Shown one piece after another: positions 1-8,162 of a DNA stretch of 64,000 nt (position 1 is its first letter; every line of letters starts with the position of its first letter). The notes beneath the pieces were generated by a model, which was not told where the DNA came from, made no database searches, and was given only the letters and a program-made list of their open reading frames with translations. Origin of the DNA: Candidatus Kuenenia stuttgartensis (GTDB lineage: Bacteria > Planctomycetota > Planctomycetia > Pirellulales > UBA1268); assembly GCA_945870505.1 (NCBI GenBank), contig CAMBSN010000004.1:3538-67537 (forward strand), in the 5' to 3' direction. A program made the position numbers and the translations under genes.

Positions 1-2484
1 GAGCACTTCGGCGAGCGGATGGCTCTGGAATGGCTCGACGCGGCCCGCTACGCCGACAGCAACGGTTTTCAGGCCGACACCAGCCGCTCCAACTGGCCGT
101 GGCGCGACTGGGTGATCCGCGCGTTCAACGCCAACATGCCGTTCGATGACTTCACGGTGAAGCAGCTGGCCGGCGATCTGTTGCCGGGCGCGACGCGCGA
201 CGACATCGTGGCCACCGGCTTTCATCGCAACCATCGGCTCAACGGCGAGGGGGGCTCAATCGCCGAGGAGTGGCTCGTTGAGACGATCATCGACCGCGTG
301 GAGACGACCGGTCAGACCTGGCTCGGCCTGACGGTCGGCTGCTGCCGGTGCCACGACCACAAATACGATCCAATCGCGCAGAAGGAGTTTTACTCGCTCT
401 ACGCGTTCTTCAACTCGATCGACGAGAAGGGGATGCTTGGCGAGAACCGCGCCGGCGGGAACACGGATCCGGTGCTGCGGCTGCCAGATGAGAAGCAGGA
501 GGCCGAACTCGCCAGGCTGCAGCGGGTGGTGGATGACGCGGCGGCCGCGGTGAAGGCGGAGGAGGCGAGCGTCGATGCCCTCGCCGACACCTGGGCCAGC
601 CAGGTGCGGAGCCTGTTCGCCGAGTCAGCCAGTGCGTGGGAACCGCTCGAGCCGCTGGAGGTGCGATCGACCGGGGGGGCGACGTTCCGGCGACTCGACG
701 ACGGCTCTTGGATCGCCGAGGGAGCCGATCCGCCGAGCGACACCTACGAAATCGAGGCCGCGGTCCCCGAGGGCACGTTCGGGGGACTACGGATCGAGGT
801 GATTCCCGATCCGTCGTTCGCCGGCGAGGGCGGATTCGCCCGCGGCGGCAACGGGAACGTCGTGGTCACGACGGTGGAGGCCGAGATCGAGAAGCCTGAC
901 GGCAGCGTGGAGAAGGTTGACCTCTCGCGCGCGGCCGCCGATTACTCCCAGGAAGGGTATGACGGCGCAGGAGTGCTCCCGGAGAAGAACAAGAAGAAGA
1001 GGAAGGACAAGCCGAAGGGCTGGGCGATCAACGGGCATAGCAAAGAGCCCGCCCTGCGGGTGCCACGACGGCTCGCGGTGATGGCGTCGCGGAGGCTCGA
1101 CGTCGATGAGAACTCTCGGGTGGTGTTCCGCATCCGTCAGGAGTCGTTCGATCAGCACACGATCGGCCGGTTCCGCGTTGCCTACTCGCCGGCCGATCCG
1201 GCGCTCTTGGCGGTCGACGGCTTCGGCCTGTCAGGCGAGGTGCGGGCGGCGGTCGAGGCCCCGCCTGAGAAACGGACGAAGGAACAGGCGGCCGTGCTCG
1301 CGAAGCACTATCGCAAAAACGTGGATGGCCCGATCCGCCGCGCGGAGGCCGCTCGCGATGCGGCCGCGACAAGTCTCAGCGAGTTTGAGGAGTCGCTGCC
1401 AAACGCGATGGTGATGCGCGAGGGCACGGTCCGCGATTCGTTTGTGCTGATCCGAGGCGAGTATGACAAACGGGGGGAGCAGGTCACCGCCGCGGTGCCG
1501 TCGTTCCTACCGCCGCTGCCGGCGGACACGAAGCCCGACCGGCTTGCACTGGCGAACTGGATTGTCTCTCGTGACCACCCGCTCACGTCGCGTGTCTGGG
1601 TGAACCGGCAGTGGGAGCGGTTCTTTGGCACGGGCCTCGTCAAGACAAGCGAGAACCTCGGTAGCCAAGCCGAGTACCCGAGCCACCCCGAACTGCTCGA
1701 CTGGCTCGCCGCCGACTTCATGGAGACCGGCTGGGACATGAAGCGGATGATCCGCTCGATCGTGACGAGTTCGGCCTATCGGCAGTCCAACGCAGTGGCG
1801 CCGGAAAAACTCGCCGCCGATCCGGAGAACCGTCTGCTTGCTCGTGGGCCGCGCATCCGCCTGCCCGGTGAGATCGTCCGCGATCAGGCGCTCGCTGCGG
1901 CTGGCCTCCTCGTGCCGACCGTCGGCGGCCCGAGCGTGCGGCCCTGGATGCCCGATGGCGTCTGGGACGAGACGAGCGTCTACGGCGACCTCCGCGGCTA
2001 CAAGCCTGACATCGGCCCCGGCCGCTATCGCCGCAGCCTCTACACGATCTGGAAGCGAACCGCAGCCCCGCCAACCATGCTGCTCTTCGATGCCCCCAGC
2101 CGGGAGATCTGCACCGTCAAGCGGTCGCGGACCAACACGCCGCTCCAGGCCCTCGCCCTGCTCAACGAGACGACCTCCATCGAGGCGGCCCACGGGCTCG
2201 CGGGCCGGATGCTCGACGAGGGGGGCACGTCGCCTGGCGGCCGGATCAGCCACGGCTTTCGGCTGGCTCTGGGACGGCGGCCCGATCCGGTTGAACTCGC
2301 CACGCTCGTCGCCGGCTTCGAGACCGATCTCGCCCGCTTCGCGGCGGCGGCCGACGAGGCGGCGAAGTATGCGGCCGTAGGCCTCGTGCGGAAGCCCGAC
2401 GGCACGACCGACGCGGAGTTTGCGGCGGCATCGCTCGCCGCCAACGTGATCCTCAACCTCGACGAATTCGTGACCCGGGAGTGA
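1..2484 (+). CDS. DUF1549/DUF1553 (PSD1-type) domain protein, 5' end lies outside the window
   Basis: The frame is open from nt 1. DUF1549-like motifs (LEWLDAARYADSNGFQ, WRDWVIRAFNANMPFD, CCRCHDHKYDP) and DUF1553-like motifs (HPLTSRVWVNRQWERFFGTGLV, HPELLDWLA) are present. It is followed by a DUF1501 partner gene, the usual arrangement in Planctomycetota. Confidence 0.85.
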   Translation, partial: EHFGERMALEWLDAARYADSNGFQADTSRSNWPWRDWVIRAFNANMPFDDFTVKQLAGDLLPGATRDDIVATGFHRNHRLNGEGGSIAEEWLVETIIDRVETTGQTWLGLTVGCCRCHDHKYDPIAQKEFYSLYAFFNSIDEKGMLGENRAGGNTDPVLRLPDEKQEAELARLQRVVDDAAAAVKAEEASVDALADTWASQVRSLFAESASAWEPLEPLEVRSTGGATFRRLDDGSWIAEGADPPSDTYEIEAAVPEGTFGGLRIEVIPDPSFAGEGGFARGGNGNVVVTTVEAEIEKPDGSVEKVDLSRAAADYSQEGYDGAGVLPEKNKKKRKDKPKGWAINGHSKEPALRVPRRLAVMASRRLDVDENSRVVFRIRQESFDQHTIGRFRVAYSPADPALLAVDGFGLSGEVRAAVEAPPEKRTKEQAAVLAKHYRKNVDGPIRRAEAARDAAATSLSEFEESLPNAMVMREGTVRDSFVLIRGEYDKRGEQVTAAVPSFLPPLPADTKPDRLALANWIVSRDHPLTSRVWVNRQWERFFGTGLVKTSENLGSQAEYPSHPELLDWLAADFMETGWDMKRMIRSIVTSSAYRQSNAVAPEKLAADPENRLLARGPRIRLPGEIVRDQALAAAGLLVPTVGGPSVRPWMPDGVWDETSVYGDLRGYKPDIGPGRYRRSLYTIWKRTAAPPTMLLFDAPSREICTVKRSRTNTPLQALALLNETTSIEAAHGLAGRMLDEGGTSPGGRISHGFRLALGRRPDPVELATLVAGFETDLARFAAAADEAAKYAAVGLVRKPDGTTDAEFAAASLAANVILNLDEFVTRE

Positions 2485-2577
2485 AAAAGGTGCCAGCCAC
2501 CATTTGCTGGTCGCCGCAGGCGACACGGCCCCGGCCGTTGGCCGGGGTCCGCAGACAAATGGTGGCTGGCACCTTTT
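2485..2577. repeat. Perfect 22-bp inverted repeat with nested hairpins between the DUF1553 and DUF1501 genes
   Basis: Arm aaaaggtgccagccaccatttg (2485-2506) is the exact reverse complement of caaatggtggctggcacctttt (2556-2577). The 49-nt spacer holds an inner 8-bp stem, ccccggcc-gtt-ggccgggg. The structure starts 1 nt after the upstream stop codon. Confidence 0.8.
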
Positions 2578-2594
2578 TGCCTTAGGAACCGCTT

Positions 2595-4058
2595 ATGAGC
2601 CACCACACACAGTTCTTCCGCCTGCAAGACGCGGTCAACCGCCGCGTGTTCCTCAGCCGCTCCGCGGGTGGTCTCGGCGCCACGGCGCTGGCCACGCTGC
2701 TCGATCGCGGCGACCCGCTGGCAGCGACGGCCGGCGGCCGGCCCGTGATCCCGCATCACGCCCCGAAGGCGAAGCGGATCATCTACCTCTTCCAGTCGGG
2801 CGCGCCCTCGCAGATGGACCTCTTCGATCCCAAGCCCGACCTTGCGAAGCGGCGGGGCGAGGACCTGCCCGAGTCGATCCGGCAGGGGCAGCGACTGACG
2901 ACGATGACCAGCGGCCAGACGACCTTTCCCGTCGCGCCGTCGATCTTCGAGTTTTCACAGCACGGCCAGAGCGGCATGTGGTTCAGCGAACTCATGCCGA
3001 ATATCGCCCGGCATGCCGACCGCTGGTGCATGATTCGCTCGATGGTCACCGAGGCGATCAACCACGATCCGGCCATCACCTTCTTCCAGACCGGCAGTCA
3101 ACTGGCGGGCCGGCCGAGCATCGGCTCTTGGGTGAGCTACGGCCTGGGAAGTGAAAACGCCGACCTGCCCGCCTACGTGGTACTCACGAGCTTCGGCTCG
3201 GGCCGCAAGGACGACCAGCCGCTCTACGACCGCCTCTGGGGTGCAGGCTTCCTGCCGAGCCGCCACCAGGGTGTGAAGTTTCGCAACTCGGGCGACCCGG
3301 TGCTGTATCTTGCCGACCCGCCCGGCATCGACCGCGACATGCGGCGGGGCACGCTCGACCGGATCGCGGCCCTCAACGCCGCGCGGTCGGGCGTGATCGG
3401 CGATCCCGAGATCGCCGCCCGCACGGCGCAGTATGAGATGGCCTTCCGCATGCAGGCGAGCGTGCCGGACCTCGTGCGGATCAGCGACGAGCCGAAGCAC
3501 GTGCTTGATGCCTATGGACCCGACGTGCACCGGCCCGGTAGCTATGCCTTCAACTGCCTGCTGGCGCGGCGGCTGGCGGAGAAGGACGTCCGGTTCGTGC
3601 AGCTCTTCCACATGGGATGGGACCACCACTCGGGCCTGCCCGCGGCCCTCAAGGGGCAGTGCCAAGACACCGACCAGCCAACAGCAGCGCTGCTCGACGA
3701 CCTCGCCAGCCGCGGCATGCTCGACGACACACTCGTGGTCTGGGGAGGAGAGTTTGGCCGCACGATCTACTCCCAAGGCTCGCTCACCGAGACGAACTAC
3801 GGCCGCGATCACCACCCACGGTGCTTCACGATGCTCATGGCCGGGGCGGGCATGAAGCCGGGGCTGACCTGGGGAGCCACCGACGACTACTGCTACAACA
3901 TCACCACGCCGAATGAGAAGGTGCACGTGCACGATCTCAACGCCACGATCCTGCACCTCATGGGGATCGATCACCTGCGGCTCACCTTCCCCTACCAGGG
4001 CCGTGACTTCCGGCTTACCGACGTGCACGGCGAGCTCGTGAAGGGCATCCTGGCGTAG
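2595..4058 (+). CDS. DUF1501 domain protein (sulfatase-like fold) with twin-arginine signal
   Basis: 487 aa. The N-terminus has a Tat-like motif, NRRVFLSRSAGGLGATALA. Family-typical blocks are present (YLFQSGAPSQMDLFDPKP, WGGEFGRT, GRDHHP). It is paired with the upstream DUF1553 gene. Confidence 0.85.
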   Translation: MSHHTQFFRLQDAVNRRVFLSRSAGGLGATALATLLDRGDPLAATAGGRPVIPHHAPKAKRIIYLFQSGAPSQMDLFDPKPDLAKRRGEDLPESIRQGQRLTTMTSGQTTFPVAPSIFEFSQHGQSGMWFSELMPNIARHADRWCMIRSMVTEAINHDPAITFFQTGSQLAGRPSIGSWVSYGLGSENADLPAYVVLTSFGSGRKDDQPLYDRLWGAGFLPSRHQGVKFRNSGDPVLYLADPPGIDRDMRRGTLDRIAALNAARSGVIGDPEIAARTAQYEMAFRMQASVPDLVRISDEPKHVLDAYGPDVHRPGSYAFNCLLARRLAEKDVRFVQLFHMGWDHHSGLPAALKGQCQDTDQPTAALLDDLASRGMLDDTLVVWGGEFGRTIYSQGSLTETNYGRDHHPRCFTMLMAGAGMKPGLTWGATDDYCYNITTPNEKVHVHDLNATILHLMGIDHLRLTFPYQGRDFRLTDVHGELVKGILA

Positions 4059-4084
4059 CGCTGTTTTCAACCCGCCAACCGTAA

Positions 4085-4150
4085 CGCAGGTTTCTCACCT
4101 GCGAGGAAGTCGCGATCGGGGCCGGGTGTGCCGCAGGTTGAAAACCTGCG
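4085..4150. repeat. Two REP-like hairpins (CGCAGGT(T) stem variant) between convergent genes
   Basis: cgcaggt-ttctc-acctgcg (4085-4103) and cgcaggtt-gaa-aacctgcg (4132-4150). The second abuts the top6B stop codon at 4151. Confidence 0.7.
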
Positions 4151-6385
4151 CTACGTCTTTCGGCGGCCAGCCTTCTTCTTCGGCGCGGCTTTTTTCGTGT
4201 CGGTGGCGGGGGCCTCGGGCTCGTCTCCCTCGATCGTCGCGATCTTTGATTTCCGGCCCTTGGTCGTCGGCGCCTTTGTTGGCTTGGCCGCGTCGCCGTC
4301 GGCCTGGCCCGGGATCACCTGCGGCACGATGATACAGTTGTCGCCGAGTTCGAGATCCTCTTCCTCCTGGATCGGCCGGCCGCGGTCGTCGAGTTTCACG
4401 TCGGCCTCGGCCGTCTTCTTCTTGGCCGCCGCGAGCAGCTGCTCATAGAGCTTGCCCCGGTCCTGGCCGTTGATCTGCGACACGGCCGTCGCCACCTCGC
4501 CGAGATACCGCAGGAAGATGCTCCGTCGCTGCCCTTCCTGGGCCACGCGGAGCCGCCGCCGCATGTACATCCCGAGCTTGCGGCCCACCGCCTGCAGCGC
4601 GAGGCGGATCTCCTTCTGGATTTCCGGATAGGAGGCGATCGCCTCCTTCGACTCGCTGGTGAACGGCACCCAGACGCTCGCCACGTGCACCATCGCCGTC
4701 ACGGGGCCGTTGGGCATGCCGCCCCGCGACTGTGAGAGGCCGTAGGATCGCCAGTTGGTCGAGGTGATCGTTTGCGTCACAGCACAGGCCGCAGGCTGGA
4801 ACTGCAGCGGCACGCGGTTGGCATACCGCAGCACGTTCATGCTCTGGCCTTCATCGACGTTGACGTGCTGCATCGCTCCGTGGAGGGCGTCGAGCTGCGG
4901 CTTCTTCAGCTTCGACGGGCTCTGCCGGGGGGCGAGTTGGGCCTCGGCGAGAATCTTGTCGGCGGCCTCGCCCCCCATACCAGTGAACGTGGTCGTAAGA
5001 AACTGCCGCAGGCTGCGGGCATCGCTCTCGCCGGCGAGTTCACCGAGCCCATCGCGGCTGATCTTCTGCGCCGCCACGCCGCCACCGTAGGCGAGTGCCG
5101 CCTCGATGACGAACGGGTTGCCACGGTAGACCGATGGCGGGCGGGTGGCCGCCGTGAAGAACTCGCCGGGGACGACCTGCCGGAGGCCGGCCAAAAGTCG
5201 CTGCTCCCCAATCGGCACCACGCAGTCGGTGGCCGGCGGCGGAATCTTTGATTCTTGAATGGCCTTGAAGATCGCGTCGGCCTCGCCGCGGCCGAGCTTT
5301 CCGGTGGTGATGCGGCTCGAGAGCTTCGCCATGTCGCAGATCTTCTTCGCCGTGCCGTGCGAGACGCGGGAGAACGATTGCGTGAGGAACTGCGCGAGGG
5401 TGATCTTGGGATGCTCCTGGAGCATTGTCACCAGCCGGCCGAGCTCCACGCCGTAGGGGTGCGGCTTGATCTCCTTGGGCTCCGGCGGCAGGTCGTCGGT
5501 CGACCGCTCCAGGATCCGCTCCGGCCCGTCGGGCCCCTGGAAGTGGATTCGGGCGTGCGGGTTGGAGATCGCCGTCTGCTCGAGATACTCCTCGACGCTG
5601 CCCCTTCCACGCTGGAACTTCGCCTCCATCTCGATCGTCACGCGAGTGCCGTGGTTTACCGGCTCGCCCTTGTCGTTCTCGGCGACCCACTCGATCGAGT
5701 GCTTCTTCATCAACTCCGCGCCACCCTTGCCGGCGGGAATGTCGACGCCGTCACCCTTGCCGTTCAAGATCTCCGGCTGATTGGTCTTGGTATCGATCCG
5801 CAGTTCGGAGTAGTGGGCAGCGTGCTTGGCGTCGATCTTGGAGATGATCTTCACCGGCTTGCCGGTGGTGAGCACGCCGTACATACCGGCGGCTGAGATC
5901 CCGATGCCTTGCTGGCCGCGGCTCATCCGCAGGCGGTGAAACTTCGATCCATAGAGCAGCTTGCCGAAGATCAGCGGGATCTGCTTGCTGACGATGCCAG
6001 GGCCGTTGTCCTGCACGCCCATCCGGTAGCGGGAGCCACTCTCACCCACCTGCTCAATGTGCACCCAGATCTCGGGAAGGATGCCCGCCTCCTCGCAGGC
6101 GTCGAGGGAGTTGTCCACCGCTTCCTTCACGCTCGTGAGCAGCGCCTTGCGGGGCGAGTCGAACCCGAGCAGGTGGCGGTTCTTGGCGAAGAACTCGCTG
6201 ACCGAGATGTCGCGCTGACCGGCGGCGAGGCTCTGGGCCGTGGCCCGGCGCTTCGCGGTAGGTTTGGACGGGGTTGCGGCCTCGCCATCGGTGGACGGCG
6301 CGGGCTCCTTCTCCGCAGCGGCGGCCTTCTCCGGCTTTGCGTTCGCTGCCTTCTTCGCGGCTGGTCGTTTGGCGGTCTTGGCCAT
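4151..6385 (-). CDS. top6B: DNA topoisomerase VI subunit B-like GHKL ATPase with Lys/Ala/Pro-rich N- and C-terminal tails
   Basis: 744 aa. GHKL motifs occur in Top6B order: ISVSEFFAKNRHLLGFDSP, EAVDNSLDACEEAGILP (N-box), QDNGPGI (G1), SRGQQGIGISAAGMY (G2). A transducer-like region and the C-terminal SIFLRYLGEVATAV helix region follow. The tails are MAKTAKRPAAKKAANAKPEK... and ...KKAAPKKKAGRRKT. Confidence 0.85.
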   Translation of the reverse strand: MAKTAKRPAAKKAANAKPEKAAAAEKEPAPSTDGEAATPSKPTAKRRATAQSLAAGQRDISVSEFFAKNRHLLGFDSPRKALLTSVKEAVDNSLDACEEAGILPEIWVHIEQVGESGSRYRMGVQDNGPGIVSKQIPLIFGKLLYGSKFHRLRMSRGQQGIGISAAGMYGVLTTGKPVKIISKIDAKHAAHYSELRIDTKTNQPEILNGKGDGVDIPAGKGGAELMKKHSIEWVAENDKGEPVNHGTRVTIEMEAKFQRGRGSVEEYLEQTAISNPHARIHFQGPDGPERILERSTDDLPPEPKEIKPHPYGVELGRLVTMLQEHPKITLAQFLTQSFSRVSHGTAKKICDMAKLSSRITTGKLGRGEADAIFKAIQESKIPPPATDCVVPIGEQRLLAGLRQVVPGEFFTAATRPPSVYRGNPFVIEAALAYGGGVAAQKISRDGLGELAGESDARSLRQFLTTTFTGMGGEAADKILAEAQLAPRQSPSKLKKPQLDALHGAMQHVNVDEGQSMNVLRYANRVPLQFQPAACAVTQTITSTNWRSYGLSQSRGGMPNGPVTAMVHVASVWVPFTSESKEAIASYPEIQKEIRLALQAVGRKLGMYMRRRLRVAQEGQRRSIFLRYLGEVATAVSQINGQDRGKLYEQLLAAAKKKTAEADVKLDDRGRPIQEEEDLELGDNCIIVPQVIPGQADGDAAKPTKAPTTKGRKSKIATIEGDEPEAPATDTKKAAPKKKAGRRKT

Positions 6386-6845
6386 GGGTTATCCAGGGTT
6401 TTGGCCCCCAGACTGTGATCCCGGATGGCAGGCTTGGCAAGTGGGGCCGGCTTTGCCGGTCGCGGAGAGTTTGGGGTGGGCGGTGGGGGACCGTAGTTCG
6501 ATGCGTGTATCACCGGCTCGGGGGCGGCAAAAGTCTCGTCGCCGGGGCGAGGATACGCCCAAGGCTCCTCGAGCGTTCGCCGACCCCCTCGCCTACCCGC
6601 TCAGGTGTACCAACTCGTCGCTGCACCTATTCAAGATGTGCTCTAGGCAGGATCGTCGAGCGGCGTGAGTGCGTTGGAAGCAACACGGCCATGGGCCTTC
6701 ACTGCGATGGCTGCGGAAGGTGTGCCTGTCAGGAAGAACCGGCATCCGAGGCATTGGCGGAGTGATGCGTAGGACGCGTTCCGGCCGAAGTTTCGGGTGC
6801 CGGGGCGATCCCGGCAACGTCTGGCTCCGTCTACGAGGTGCCCCG

Positions 6846-7193
6846 ATGCTGCGTGTCCGCTCGAACCGGCCCTGGATGCTCGCGACGCTGCTCGTCGCCG
6901 AGGCATTCGCCGCCGCCTCCGCGCTGGCGATCCCGATCGACGGGGGCGTTGAAGGACCCACGCCCGACGTGTTCTACAACTTCTACGTGCCGCCGGTGCC
7001 GGCGGGCGGCTATCCCGGCATGGGAGCGCAACTCTACGTGTCGCCGCGGCCGGTGCCGCCCCGCGTGGGCCACACCTGGAACACGTATCCGCCCTTCATG
7101 CCGCACGAGTTCCTCTACAAGCACCGTCGCCGCTACATCCGCCCCGCGGGCGTGACCGGCATGCGGACCGACGTGCACGCCTACTGGTACTGA
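6846..7193 (+). CDS. Small secreted Pro/Tyr-rich hypothetical protein
   Basis: An internal ATG at 6846 gives a signal-peptide-like start, MLRVRSNRPWMLATLLVAEAFAAASALA. The upstream part of the ORF (from 6669) is Arg/Gly-rich and does not look coding. The start choice is an inference. Confidence 0.55.
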   Translation: MLRVRSNRPWMLATLLVAEAFAAASALAIPIDGGVEGPTPDVFYNFYVPPVPAGGYPGMGAQLYVSPRPVPPRVGHTWNTYPPFMPHEFLYKHRRRYIRPAGVTGMRTDVHAYWY

Positions 7194-7212
7194 TCCCGGA
7201 GACCATTCCATC

Positions 7213-7821
7213 ATGGATCGCCGCGTTCTCATCACCACACTCTTCGCGGGCTGCGTCGCCCTCGCCACCGCGGGCCTTGGCCTCGCGACGGCCGGCGATC
7301 ATGGTGCCCGCGCGCCCGGCTGCGCTGGCGCCTGCTGCGCCCCGGGACAGTGCGGCCCGGGTGGCCATGGTCACTGCGGCCACGGCCGCTGCCACCACGG
7401 TCATTGCGGCAAGCACTGCGGTCACTGTGGCCATTGCAGCCTCTGTGGCACACCGGTGGGCGGCCCGTGCGGCTACGGAAAGACGGGCGGCCTGCATGAG
7501 GACTGCAAGTCCAACGCCTGGGAGAAGCGATACTTCCTCCGCTCGCAGGGCAAGAGCTGGCACAGTGCCTGGTACGACCCTGCCGAGGGCCGGCCGATCG
7601 CGCTGGTCGTGCCGCCGACGAGCGAGTTCATGACGCAGTATTCGTGGGGCGTGCCGAGCAGCCGCGTGGCCCCGATCTATCACCAGTTCCACCGGCCCTA
7701 TCCAGGCCCCGGCGCGGTGGCCGGCAGCGGTGGCGGCGGGTTCCTGCCGACGCCCAATCAGCCGAGCGACACCGTCCAGTTCGGCGTCAACGCCGTCCGC
7801 GGTCCCTGGGGCGCGTACTGA
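7213..7821 (+). CDS. Secreted Cys/His/Gly-rich hypothetical protein (candidate metal binder)
   Basis: 202 aa. It has a signal peptide, MDRRVLITTLFAGCVALATAGLGLATA, followed by CAGACCAPGQCGPGGHGHCGHGRCHHGHCGKHCGHCGHCSLCG. It starts 20 nt after the previous ORF on the same strand. Confidence 0.65.
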   Translation: MDRRVLITTLFAGCVALATAGLGLATAGDHGARAPGCAGACCAPGQCGPGGHGHCGHGRCHHGHCGKHCGHCGHCSLCGTPVGGPCGYGKTGGLHEDCKSNAWEKRYFLRSQGKSWHSAWYDPAEGRPIALVVPPTSEFMTQYSWGVPSSRVAPIYHQFHRPYPGPGAVAGSGGGGFLPTPNQPSDTVQFGVNAVRGPWGAY

Positions 7822-7833
7822 CAGACTCGCCTC

Positions 7834-8158
7834 GTAGCACAGGTTTCCAACCTGTGTCGCCCACGTAGCACAGGTTTTTAACCTGTGTGTCTTTCGTCTT
7901 CGCAACGGGCTCGGGGCTGCCCATGCCCGTCGCCGGACGCTCGCTGCGGGCATCCTGCCCTGCGCTCGCTCGATGCTGACTTCGCTCCGCCATCCTGGCT
8001 CCGCTCGTCAGCAACGCCGGCTCCCGGGCACGGGCAGCCCCTCGCTGCCCCCCGTAGCACAGGTTGCCAACCTGTGCCTGTTCCCACCGCAGGTTGCCAA
8101 CCTGCGGCTACGTTTTGGCATCGCTCCGTCCTCACGTAGCACAGGTTTTCAACCTGTG
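7834..8158. repeat. Mosaic repeat cluster: five REP-like hairpins flanking a 129-bp element with terminal inverted repeats
   Basis: Hairpins GTAGCACAGGTT-NNN-AACCTGTG lie at 7834-7856, 7865-7887, 8054-8076 and 8136-8158, with the variant ccgcaggtt-gcc-aacctgcgg at 8087-8107. The long element spans 7913-8041, with ends ggggctgcccatgccc / gggcacgggcagcccc (15 of 16 complementary). Confidence 0.85.
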
Positions 8159-8162
8159 ATCT

